From positions 21,784,640 to 21,848,639 of the forward strand of contig NC_069006.1 of NCBI RefSeq assembly GCF_001194135.2: DNA of 64,000 nucleotides. Reading direction: 5' to 3'. The number at the start of each line of letters is the position of its first letter. Position 1 is the stretch's first letter. The notes under the pieces were generated by a model. It was not told the origin of the DNA. It did not search any database and saw only the letters and a list, made by a program, of their open reading frames with translations. Source of the stretch: Octopus bimaculoides (lineage: Eukaryota). The translations under genes were made by a program, and so were the position numbers. Of this stretch, positions 14,101 through 26,552 are shown in pieces.

Positions 14101-14687
14101 NNNNNNNNNNNNNNNNNNNNNNNNNNNNNNNNNNNNNNNNNNNNNNNNNNNNNNNNNNNNNNNNNNNNNNNNNNNNNNNNNNNNNNNNNNNNNNNNNNNN
14201 NNNNNNNNNNNNNNNNNNNNNNNNNNNNNNNNNNNNNNNNNNNNNNNNNNNNNNNNNNNNNNNNNNNNNNNNNNNNNNNNNNNNNNNNNNNNNNNNNNNN
14301 NNNNNNNNNNNNNNNNNNNNNNNNNNNNNNNNNNNNNNNNNNNNNNNNNNNNNNNNNNNNNNNNNNNNNNNNNNNNNNNNNNNNNNNNNNNNNNNNNNNN
14401 NNNNNNNNNNNNNNNNNNNNNNNNNNNNNNNNNNNNNNNNNNNNNNNNNNNNNNNNNNNNNNNNNNNNNNNNNNNNNNNNNNNNNNNNNNNNNNNNNNNN
14501 NNNNNNNNNNNNNNNNNNNNNNNNNNNNNNNNNNNNNNNNNNNNNNNNNNNNNNNNNNNNNNNNNNNNNNNNNNNNNNNNNNNNNNNNNNNNNNNNNNNN
14601 NNNNNNNNNNNNNNNNNNNNNNNNNNNNNNNNNNNNNNNNNNNNNNNNNNNNNNNNNNNNNNNNNNNNNNNNNNNNNNNNNNNNNNN

Positions 14688-14740
<53 letters not shown>

Positions 14741-15017
14741 ATATATGTGTATATGGAAGGGTCCTTCTCGTATGAGTACTCTAGATCATGTAAATCATAC
14801 GCACACATATAATTTTAACGCATTTCTACAATTCTATCATGCTTTATATTTTCAAAATTATATGATCGAAAACAAACACTTAAGCTCAGATTATATAGCC
14901 TATATGTGTGTATATATAGTCTCTAACGCATTCAGTACTTTTTCACGCTTGTAAACACCAAACGTAGGTCTATATACGCGCACACAATAGTCTTATATAC
15001 ATGCCGTAAAAAGGTTC

Positions 15018-15055
<38 letters not shown>

Positions 15056-15367
15056 GTACACGTATGTATGTATATGTGTGTATAAATGATAGCAAGAATC
15101 ATGAGAGCGTCGAGGAAAATCCCTTTCAGTACACATCGTGGCCTCCACATTGTGAGTTCAAATCACTCCAGGGTCAACTTTGCGTTTCATCTTTTTAGGG
15201 GATCAACAAAATAAAAGTCCCCGTCAAGTAATTGAATCGATTAAATCGATTAATCACTTCTGGCAAAATATCTAACCTCATGTCTATTAGAACAAACAAT
15301 AATCATATGAATTAATATTATTATTGTTATTATATAAATGAAAGCAAAAAGAAAAAGGAGAACCTAC

Positions 15368-15576
15368 TAGTGGTCAAGGTATTGTCTTATCCATTCCAGA
15401 CATTCTCCTTCTACTTCGCATTGTACGATGTGATCGTAAAACAATTGTATTTTTTTGTCTTGTTCGTCTTCGGCAAGATTCGAACCTCCGGTCGATCTTC
15501 TCTTTGATCTCAAATGCTGACAGAAATTATCCAGAAATCGTCGGTAAGACTGTACATCGTTGCCGTAGGATGCCAT
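15368..15576 (-). CDS. Probable first coding exon of an unidentified minus-strand gene (MASYGNDVQSYRRFLDNFCQHLRSKRRSTGGSNLAEDEQDKKIQLFYDHIVQCEVEGECLEWIRQYLDH...)
   Basis: Non-repetitive, more GC-rich island; 69 open codons from a GGAATGG start with an in-frame stop upstream; donor-like TA|GTAGGT at 15368/15367; polypyrimidine acceptor (ttcactttctttgactgcag|) upstream at 15803. Protein not recognised. Confidence 0.6.
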
Positions 15577-16508
15577 TCCGGTACTTGTACTGGTGGTGGT
15601 CGGCAGCGAACGGCATTCGCCAGACGACAACACAACATAGAGAGATTAAAAGCCTGTTTTCAAGCGAGGATCAGTTATATATATGTATATGTATGTATGT
15701 ATATTTATATATATATACATACATGTGTGTGCAGATGTATATAACAACGTACGGACAGTTTCTATCCTTCTATCCTCCTCTTTTCTGCAGAACGATTTTT
15801 CACTGCAGTCAAAGAAAGTGAATAAACAGAATCCAAAAGGAAAATTAACAACAAAAACAAAGCACGCTACCTCCCCCTCTCACTCATTCTTTCTCTCTAT
15901 CTGACACTGTGTCTTTTGCTCTTTCTCTCTGTCGCAGTTACCCTCTGCCTTCTCCTCCCTCATTCACACAACTCTCCCTATTATTAATTTTACTCACTCC
16001 GCTACCCCTCTTGCTTTTTTAATCTCCGTCCTCTACTCGTCTTTCTCACCATCTCCCTATCGTTCTTTCACCTTCTCTCTCTCTCTCTCTCTCACTCTCT
16101 CTCTCTCTCTCTCTCTTCAGCTACCTCTTACTCCTCCCACAACGACACACCTCCCGTCTAACTCTTACTCCTACTCCCACCTCCTCGCTCTTTATACACT
16201 TTTCTTTGCTTTTCTTTTTTCCTTTTCTTTCTTTCATTCTTTTCTCATTCAAGCAGTTGCCTTCCTCTCCTCTTTATGTTCCTGTTTCAAACTCTTTCAC
16301 TACACACACACACACACACACACACACGTTTATATGTGTCTATTTATGATAAATGCATGTATGTAATATAGTATACAGTAATCTATAGATCTTAATCACG
16401 GGGCTTGATCAAACGGAGTTATATAGATTTATAAATATACACTATTTCATTTCCTGTGTCTTTTAATTTATCTGCATAAATATGTATATACATGAACATA
16501 TATATATA

Positions 16509-16543
<35 letters not shown>

Positions 16544-18002
16544 CATATGGTTTCTCTCTTACTGTCCCCCTGAAACTTACATGCCTCCTACACTCTCCTC
16601 CACTTCTCTCTCTCGCCATGTATATATAACACACACACACACACACATACACATACACCACTTCTATTCCGCCACCATTTGCCCTCCCCCATCTCTCCAT
16701 ATATAACTTTGATCGCCTACTCGCTTATCTCCCCTGCTATGCTTTCTCTCTCTCTCTCTCTCTTTTTCTCTCTCTGTTTGTCTGTCTCTTTCTCTGTCCC
16801 CCCTCTCTCTCTCTCTCTCTGTCCGCAAACTTCATTTCTGTATTTACTTTAATTTTCCTCTACTCATAAATATATAGACATTTATCTTCTAATCTGTTTC
16901 ATTTTATTCTATTTCATTTCACCGTTTGTTTTCTTTTTTCATTCACATTAATCTTGTTTTCTTTTTAAATCTCTGTTCTATCAGTTATCTCTTACCCGAA
17001 CCCCCACACCTATATCATCAGTTTCTTTTTATTCCAGCGTATATTTCCAAAATTTTAGGTGATGGGCAACAGACGATTAAATTGTCCACAGTTACTTGAC
17101 ACGTGAGTTCGAATCCCACTCGAGACGATAGAATTAAGTACCGGTCAAAAACCGCGTAACAATATAATTAAATAAAACCCATCATACCTCTTCAAGTTAG
17201 TGACATTGTGCCGATGTTATCTATTTTACTAATCAAAGAAGAATGAAAGGGCACAAACTACTTCGACAAAATTTAAACTTGGCGCATAAAGAATTTACGA
17301 ATTACTAACATAAGTACAAGACCACACAGGCGAAAAGAAGCTGGTAGTATTTTCTTTTATTGACATGGGGGAAAAGGCAGGGTCGACCCCAACGTCTGCT
17401 GCATTTGAACTCACAACTTACAAAGTCTCTTGGCCTGCAACTTCGGAGGTGAGGCTAAGTTGGTTACATCGCACTCGATGTTCAACTGGTACTTCTTTTA
17501 TCAACCCCGATAGGATGAAAGACAGAGCCGACCCCGCAGGCATGAGAGACTAAAAGAACTTCAAAAGAAAACAAAGAAATAGCTGAAGGCTTGGGCCGTC
17601 TCAAAGCATGACCACACTGTGTTGTTCTCCCGGGTGAGGGTTGGGTTGGGGGGGGGGTCTCGCTGATTTAGACGGCCCAGTTTTGATCAACATATGTTGT
17701 GTGGCTTGATGTCAGTATAAATACTTATAGGGCCCAGTGCATTGATTAGCCCGGGGGTCTATAATGCTGCTTTAACGGCCCTGCAGAAGGCAGCAGGGGG
17801 GGATTTTTCGTTAATTCTTTCTTTGCATAATATATACGCGTTTTTCTACGTTGACCAACTTCCTTCCGTGCTTCTGTTCCGTTCTTTCTTTATTCTCTTT
17901 CTGACTGATGTTTTCCCCATATCTCCATGGCAATGTTTTGCCCCCCCCTCTCTCTCCCTCTCTCTCTCTACATGATTATTAAACACTCCGCTGATGCAGG
18001 GA

Positions 18003-18210
18003 GCAGCCAGAATCGTTGGATCGTCGAGCAGAAATGCTTAGCGGCATTTTCTTTCGGCTCTTCATATTCCGAGTTCAAATCCCACTGTGGTCTCCTTTGA
18101 CTTCCATCTTTTCAGTGTCGATAAAAATGAAGTTACCAGTTCAAAGTACTCGAGTCGGTGTAATCACTCTGCGCCTCCCTTCAAAATTTCTGGCCTTATC
18201 CCCAAATTAG
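18003..18210 (+). mobile_element. SINE family B (tRNA-derived head gagctggcagaatcgttagc...gagttcaaat); other copies near 4365, 15125, 20470, 21020(-), 26930, 38162 and 46895
   Basis: B-box-like GAGTTCAAAT, then gtcgactttgcctttcatcctttcggggtcgat core and an (ATT)n tail in many copies. Confidence 0.75.
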
Positions 18211-18993
18211 AAAGGCTTTCATATCCCCCCACCCCACCACTTTATCTACTGTGGGGTTTTCTCTCTTATCTTGACTGCCCCCCTCCCCACAACACCGCCT
18301 CTTTTTCTTTCATTTCACTAATTTATTCGTTACGTTTAATCCCTTTCTTCTTTCCTTTATCCTATTCCTTCTGCCTGGACGTGTGTCAGTCACGTTACCT
18401 TCCTCCTCCCCTCTCTTTCTCTCTCTCTCTCTACAAACATTATTATTATTCCTCTCTCCTCTCTCTTTCCCTCCCCCTCTCTTCCTATATGTCGCTCTGT
18501 GTCTCCTCCATCTTTTTTCTCTTCTCTACATGTTACTCTCACTTTCCTCTTCCTACACTTCTCTTTATTTTCTTTGCTTCTTCTTCTTCTTCTTCCCTAT
18601 GTCCCTCCCTCAGTCTCTTTTTCTCTCTCCTTCCCTTCACTTCTTTTAACCTCCCTCCCTCCCTAATTTTTATTCTCTTCTTTTTTCTTCCCTTCTCGCT
18701 TTCTCTCTCTCTCTCATGTCGTCTCCAAACACGCGCCGTCTATTCTTACTCGCTTTCTCTTTTACACACGTTTTGATGACGTATTTCAATTTAGTGTTCT
18801 CTATTTTGGCGCCATCTCCAAGTGAGTTCTTTCAAAACTTTTGCTTACTATCTTATTCAATTCTGTCATTCTTAGTTCAGGCTAGAAATTCTTCTTATAT
18901 ACTTGAATCACTGTTTTCATTCTTCGTTTTAGAAATCTCATGCGTTTGTTACTTTATTAATATAATATATATCCCTTTTTTTCCTCCCTGTAC

Positions 18994-19029
<36 letters not shown>

Positions 19030-19180
19030 CATATATAATAATAATAATAATAATAAGAAGAAGAAGAAGAAGAACAACAACAACAACAATTATTGGTAAA
19101 GAAGACGCACACCCGGTGTTTAGGGTTAGGGTTACGCCGAAAACGGGGTGGTGTGCGTATTTTTTTTTTACCCAATAATT

Positions 19181-20170
19181 CTAGGATGAAATTTATAAAT
19201 ATTTAGGCCACTTTCGTTTTGACTTGCAGACATCATTGTTGTTCGTTAATTTCCGTAATTTTTATTTATTTATTTATTTACTTTTGTTTTAAAGCGGAAG
19301 ATGTTTACGTGTGTGTATGAAACGGACGTGTGTGTATGGGTGTGTGAGAGAGAGTGAAGGGGTGTGTTGTCATGTACACATACATAAATTCATACGCTTA
19401 CACCTTTTTTTGTATGTATGTGTGTGTGAGAGAGAGAGTGCCACTTAGACATCACCCTCTGCCTCTCATACACAAAAACAGATGACTGCGGACGTATGTA
19501 CGTATACGTGACAACCAACCCCTTCTCCCTCTCACGCATATGTCCATTTCATATACATCCACATGTATCTTTCACTTTCTCCTCTCTTTCACTCCAAAAC
19601 AAAAGTTAATAAATAAATAAATAAAAATTACGGAAATTAGCAAACAAAATCAGCTGATCCAAATGACACTTCTGCGAGTCAAAACGAACGATCACCAATA
19701 GGCCTGCGAGTCAAATCGAAAGTTGACCAATCGGCCTGCGAGTCAAAACGAATGATGACCAATATTTAAGAAATCGCTACACGCGTTTCTACAAATCACA
19801 TGATTATGACATCAGAGTCGATATCCCTGGGATTCGAACAGTATAGTCCGTTTTTTCCGTGGGCATCTGGTTGATCATCATCATCGATTCATTTCATCGG
19901 GCGATACTGCCTTATTGGATGAATCACAAATTGATGTTTTATCCCTTCGACATAGCTAGACTGGCCTTCATACTGGTAAGAAGGGATAAACATCCCTCTG
20001 TGTTTCACTCAATAAGGCAGTAATGCCCGATGAAATGAATTTGTGATGAAGATCAACCAGATGCCCACGGACAATACGGAGTATACTGTTCTAATCTCAA
20101 GGATACCGAGTCTGATGTCAAAATCATGTGATTTGTGGAAACGCGCGTAGCTTTATAAATTCCATCCTAG
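19181..20170. mobile_element. Outer hairpin (MITE-like) element with ~200-bp imperfect inverted arms; left arm interrupted by a nested insertion
   Basis: 19777-19948 pairs with 19980-20150 across a ~31-nt loop. The outer ends ctaggatgaaatttataaa and tttataaattccatcctag also pair, and both are flanked by AATT. Confidence 0.8.
19206..19760. mobile_element. 555-bp foldback/MULE- or Merlin-like non-autonomous DNA transposon, 8-bp TSD AATATTTA
   Basis: TSD at 19198-19205 and 19761-19768. Termini GGCCACTTTCGTTTTGACTTGCAG and (reverse complement) GGTCATCATTCGTTTTGACTCGCAG. Degenerate inverted similarity extends ~190 bp inward. Superfamily assignment is inferred. Confidence 0.8.
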
Positions 20171-21355
20171 AATTATTATATTTGTCTTACATTATATTGG
20201 TATAACCATGATGCAACCCTGAAAAACTGACTTACTGGTCAGAATCATTAGACGGTAGCCGGCATAATGAAATAGCTTATTTGCATACCCCTAACGTTAC
20301 TATAAACACATGCACTATATATTTGTTCTTCACTTCAGATTTATTATTCTTACATAATTGCCCTTTGAAAATCCTTCGTTACACGTCCTGTCGCCTCTTC
20401 ATGCCATGTGTCTCCTCCTGTTTAGTCTAGTTTGTCTTTCTATGGTGTGTATCCTTATCTGAGCATGAATTGTTAGCATGCCAGGCAAAAAGGCTTAGCG
20501 GTATTTTGTTGGTCGCTGCGTTCTGAGTTCAAATTCCGCTGAGGTTGACTTTACCTTTCATCCTTTCAGGGTCAATAAAATAAATACCAGTTGAACACTG
20601 GGGGTCGATATAATCAACTCATTCCCTCACCCCGAAAAGCTGCTACCCTAGTGGCGAAATTTGAAACCATTATTATTATTATGAGAATGATGGTGATGAT
20701 GATAATCTTTTTCTTCATCATCATCATGCCGATCTTGATGTTATATAGATTTTTCTGTTAAAAGCCCTCGCTCTTGCTTCTTGTTGATTTGTTAGTATTG
20801 ATCTCTCATATCATTTCCACTGCAGATTTCGAAATTCGCTGCACTGGAGATTATATAAGACATCACAAATCATCGAGTCATTTGAGCACCCACCAACAAA
20901 CAAACCTACCAACCAACCAACCAACCAACCATCCAACCATCCAACCAATATGATTGTGTGGTTATGATTTTTGTTTTGCATCTATGTATGGCAGTCCAGA
21001 TCTGACTCTGTTTTGCATTACTTTGGGCAAAAGGATGAAAGGCAAGGTCGACCTTGGTGGAATTTGAACTCAGAACGTCTTTAAGATGGATGAAATGCTG
21101 CTAAGCATTTTTCCCGGTGTGCTAATGATTCTACCAGCTCACCACTTTTAGTACTTGTATAATATAAAGCATTAAAAGAATTCTTATCATCTGTCAACCA
21201 CCCATTCATTGACACAATTCCTATGCATCTTTGCATCAGTGACCAAGTTTTAGTTGTTGGACAACATTTTTGTGGCATTATAGTTTGTGTGTGTTTGGCT
21301 GCGTGTCTATATATACTAGCATGATATAAAAGTAAAAAAAAAAGTGACTATAACA

Positions 21356-21390
<35 letters not shown>

Positions 21391-21428
21391 CAGTGTACAT
21401 TTAAACACATAAGAGATGTTCATAATAG

Positions 21429-21467
<39 letters not shown>

Positions 21468-21468
21468 G

Positions 21469-21506
<38 letters not shown>

Positions 21507-21593
21507 NNNNNNNNNNNNNNNNNNNNNNNNNNNNNNNNNNNNNNNNNNNNNNNNNNNNNNNNNNNNNNNNNNNNNNNNNNNNNNNNNNNNNTA

Positions 21594-21717
21594 TATACAT
21601 TTATAAACATAATTAAGAGATCAGCAAACATTTGCTTCACCACATACCGAAGTTCGAACTTCGGTATGTGGTGAAGCAAATGTTTGCTGATCCCTTAATT
21701 ATGTTTATAAATGTATA
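21594..21717. repeat. 124-bp loopless palindrome with 1 mismatch
   Basis: Arms of 62 bp centred on TTC|GAA (21655/21656); the only mismatch is 21618 A versus 21693 C. Confidence 0.95.
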
Positions 21718-22334
21718 AGAACTTTTAAATAAGTTCTCCACCGATAATGGTGTTTACATACCGAAGGGCTTGGTAAAAATTATTAATTGTTGATTTATTA
21801 ATAAATTAATAAATTGATAAACCGTTACCCTTTTAATTGTGTGTATATTTATATATATATATATATATATATATAGATAGATAGATAGATAGATGGGTAG
21901 ATAGATAGATATCTCTCTCTGTGTGTGTGTTTTAAATAACTGAAATGATTCTTCCACAGTGTAATTGTTTCAAGACACTCGACAAACAAATACAGCTCTA
22001 CCGAATATATTAGTATTTGTTTACCGTAAAAGTCAATAGACAACATATTTTCATATATATTTTGGATGTTTTGACTGCTCCCTCTAGCGTGTAAGGCTGC
22101 CTATCAAGGGTCGCCTCTTTTGTGTTTAAATGTACACTAATTTTATATGAAAATATGTGATATGAAGGTTGACAGGCAGCTGGGGGGAGTAGATGTGACT
22201 GTGAGACGTGTGTGGCCTTGGGGTTAGTCCTAGCATATAGCACCTTGGACAAGAGTCTTCTGCTATAGCCCTAGGCTAACGAAAGCCTTGTGAGTGAATT
22301 TAATAGACAGAAAATGAAAGGAATCCATTATATC

Positions 22335-22498
22335 ATCATCATCATTATCATCATCGTTTAACGTCTGCTTTCCATGCTAGCATGGGTTGGACGATTTGAC
22401 TGAGGACTGGTGAAATCGGATGGCAACACCAGGCTCCAATCTAATTTGGCAGAGTTTCTACAGCTGGATGCCCTTCCTAACGCCAACCACTCCGAGAG
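22335..22498 (-). mobile_element. SINE family A, 5'-truncated young copy
   Basis: Reverse complement of the 1330-1489 consensus; truncated against (TA)n. Confidence 0.85.
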
Positions 22499-22976
22499 TA
22501 TATATATATATATATATATGTATATACTCCCTTTTCTCCTTCCTTCTCTTTCTTACAGTCTGTCTCTTATTCCCACTTTGTCTCTCTCTTCTCTCTCTCT
22601 TCCTCTCTCACTCTCTTATGTAACCTTTCACAGTCTATCTCCCTCTATCTGTTGCATTCTTCCACTCTCTTAGTCTGTCTCTTCCACTCACCCATTCTCT
22701 TAATCTTTCTCTTTTACTCCCTTTTCTCTCACCCCCCTCCCCCACCGTCCCCTTTGTGCTGGAATCCTGCTGCTCCCGTTTTCTGTCTACAACCTGTAAT
22801 CCTTTTTTTAGACCAGGTTTATTGGGAGCCAGCTCAAGCAACAACCAAGTAATGGATAACTATCTTATTTCCACTTACTTCTTTTACGCCATAAATAACC
22901 ATGCCACCATCTTTTTTTAAAAAAAAAAGAACACACAGCTATAGACACAGGTGTGGTTGTGTGGTAAGAAGCTTGC

Positions 22977-23118
22977 CGAGGTCAACTTTGCCTTTCATCC
23001 TTTCGGGGTCGATAAATTAAGTACCAGTTGCTCACTGGGGTCGATGTAATCGACTTAATCCCTTTGTCTGTCCTTGTTTGTCCCCTCTATGTTTAGCCCC
23101 TCGTGGGCAATAAAGAAA
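22977..23118 (+). mobile_element. 5'-truncated family B SINE inserted into a family C SINE, 12-bp TSD TAAGAAGCTTGC
   Basis: TSD at 22965-22976 and 23119-23130 splits the family C head gtggtaagaagcttgc|ttcccaaccac. Confidence 0.9.
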
Positions 23119-25148
23119 TAAGAAGCTTGCTTCCCAACCACATGGTTCCAGGTTCAGTCCCACTGCATGGCATCATGGGCAAGTGTCTTCTGCTACAGTT
23201 CTGGCCAACCAAAGCCTTGTGAGTGGATTTGGTAGATGGAAACTAAAAGAATCTTGGTATGTATATACATGTTTGTGTATGTGTGTGTTTTTTGGTGTTG
23301 TATAACAGTTATGAATAGCCAGTGGCTTATTAACATTTAACTATTAGCAACGGATGCAGCATTAATATCAAAAGGCAAACTTTATATCCTACTTAACCTT
23401 TTTGATACCCCCCCCCCAACTCACATATATGTATGATGGGCTTCTTTCAGTTTCCATCTGCCAAGTCCACTCACAAGGCTTCCATTGGCCCAGGCTTCCA
23501 TTGGCTATAGTAGAAATTCACTCAGTGTCTTCTACCATAGCTGGTGTCACACAGAGGGACTGAACCCAGAACCATGTGGTTGGGAAGCAGGCTTCTTACC
23601 ACACAGCCATGCCTGCACCTATGTATATGTGAACACACACACACATACTATGATGCATGCATAGACAGATGCATAAATGTATAGGTATATCAGCCAATAA
23701 TAAAATTATCAAGGACATTGTTGTTGTGCGGCACCAGGCCATCCGTGATGGAGCCAATGTATTGCAAAGGGCATTCCAGCCATCATCATTTGGCTGAAAT
23801 TATGCAATGTGTCCTAAGAAATTTGGCTGATAATTTTAGCAAGTTGAGTAAGCATGGTAGGAAGAATGTTTATCAGTGCAGTGTGTACTTAATGACACTT
23901 CTGTTGCAATGATGCCAATTTTAACAGATTTCTTAAAAGTAGAGCAGATGCTAAGCCAGATTTTGTCACTCACTGACGCAGAGAGAGATAGACAGACGGA
24001 TAGATAGATAAATAGATAGACAGATAGATAGATAGAGAGAGAGACTTATGGAGGTACATGCACACACACACACACATACACACACATGCATGCATATATG
24101 CTGGTGCAGGCATCGCTGGATTGTTTAAAAAGTTCACTGTGAAGCCATGTGATTTCAGGTTTAGGAAGGATGGTCAGTTTTGGCATTCCAATGGTTAATA
24201 ACATTAAATAACAGTCATTTGATTTGACTTTGCCCCCCCCCCCGATAATTGCCAGTCTTGTGCCCGAATTACAGTCTATTTTATTTTTGTTTTCAACTCG
24301 GTGTTATTTCTAAACTCAAGGAATGTTTNNNNNNNNNNNNNNNNNNNNNNNNNNNNNNNNNNNNNNNNNNNNNNNNNNNNNNNNNNNNNNNNNNNNNNNN
24401 NNNNNNNNNNNNNNNNNNNNNNNNNNNNNNNNNNNNNNNNNNNNNNNNNNNNNNNNNNNNNNNNNNNNNNNNNNNNNNNNNNNNNNNNNNNNNNNNNNNN
24501 NNNNNNNNNNNNNNNNNNNNNNNNNNNNNNNNNNNNNTATATATATATATATACATGCACACATATATATACATATGTATATATATATATATATAAACAA
24601 TATATGAGTATATGCATATATATGTACATGTATGTACATACCTTCATCTACATGTACATATAGATACATAACTGGGTACATGACGTAGCAAAAGAACATG
24701 GACAAAATGATAAACAAGGTACAACAAACAAGCAAGCCACATAGAAACATCTCCTTCATCAGCTGCCACCATTAAAACACCGCAAGATGGATGCTAAATT
24801 ATATATATATATATATATACATATACACACACACACACACACACACAGTTATACACACATGCACAAACACACATACATATACATGTATACTTTTTTGCAA
24901 ATATCTATATTAATGAAAGATATAAACAGATATTTTAACTGATAAGGCATAGTTTTTAAGAAGACTTGGCTGTTATTTGTAGTAGATCAAGCAACCATGT
25001 GGAGGCATCCACATTGTTACTTAGCCTTGGTTGAGCAGATCTAACATCAAAAGCAATCCAGTTGTGCCCACTGCATTCTTTGTTCTGTTGTTTAATGAAA
25101 AGCTTGCCTAGGACTGCATTCTTGAATGTCTCCTGGCCTTCAGTTTTT

Positions 25149-26030
25149 CTAAGGCAATAAAAATGTGATTTGAAGGAGATTTGGCTGATATTTAAATCAG
25201 GCCATGTAACTACACAGAAGGTTCCTGTGTTAGCTCACCCACCGTATCTTTAGTTATATGTTAACGAGAACAGAGACAGGTTTCATAAAAAACACCAAGG
25301 TGAAATGGAAAACATTATGCCCCAGCCTTCTTGTTTCTAAGACAAAATAATGTAATTTCTGCGAGATTTGGCTGCTATTCAAATCACGCCAAATGACTAC
25401 ATAAGAAAGCTCCCACATTAGCTATCATGTTAAAGGGGGCCAATACAGGTTTAATTAAAACATCAAGGTGGAATGGGGAGCAGTGTCTCCTTGTCTTCTT
25501 TGTTTTCTAAGGCAAAAAAAATGTGATTTGAGGGCCAAATGACTACACAAAAGTTTCTGTGCTGGCTCACTAACCCTGTCTTTAGTTGTATGACAATGAG
25601 AATCAGCACAGGTTTAATAAAAATATCAAAGTGGAATGGAAAGCAATGTGTCCTTGCCTTCTTCTTTTCTAAAGCAACAAAATGTGATTTGAGGGAGGTT
25701 TGGCTGCTATTTAAATCAGACCAAATGACTACACAAAAGGTTTGTGCTGGTTCACTCACTCTATCTTTAGTTATATGGCAATGACAGCCAACACAGGTTT
25801 AATAACACTATCAAGGTAGAATAGAGAGCAATTTGTTCTGGTCTTCTTATTTCTTTTTAGGCAAAAGTATGTGATTTGAAGGAGATTTGGCTACTATTTA
25901 AATGATTACACAAAAGGGTCCTTTGTTTGCACACTCACCCCACTGCTATTGATATGGTAATGTGAGACAAGACAGGTTTGATATAACCACCAAGGTGGAA
26001 TAGAGTGAGAAATGACCCAAGGGCTTGTAT
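25149..26030. repeat. Degenerate tandem array, 5 units of ~160-190 bp
   Basis: Unit starts ctaaggcaa..aatgtgatttga at ~25149, 25337, 25507, 25669 and 25857; each unit carries acaggttt...aaggtggaat. Confidence 0.85.
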
Positions 26031-26058
26031 TGTTAGTGGTCTGTAAAACAAGAACAAC

Positions 26059-26090
<32 letters not shown>

Positions 26091-26513
26091 AGAGAGATGT
26101 GGTTCAGTAAAATTAAAAGAAGCAATCTGCAGGAGGGGTGGGGGATGACGGGCGTGGCAGTGGGGGGTGGGGGTGAGACGACCCATTTATTTCGTATCAA
26201 CAGTAGAAATTTAAATAATTAAATAATGACAATGTGGGAACGTGGCCTTGAGCAAATAACATCCTGCTCTCTCACTAGTATCTATTCACAGAAAATAATA
26301 ACAACAAAACAACAATAGTAGTAATAGTAGTAGTACTAGTCATTATGATAATGATGATAATAATAATAATAATAATAATGATAATAAATTCTGGGTTCAG
26401 TCCCACTGCATGGTACCTTGGGTAAGTGTCTTCTACTACAGCCTTGGGCAGACCAAAGCCTTATGAGTGGACTTGGTAGACAGGAACTGAAAGAAGTCCA
26501 TTATGTGTGTGTT

Positions 26514-26552
<39 letters not shown>

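Noticed and set aside
19672-19760. CRISPR-like regular 32-bp repeats
   Set aside because: Contiguous tandem units without unique spacers in eukaryotic DNA; explained as transposon terminal repeats.
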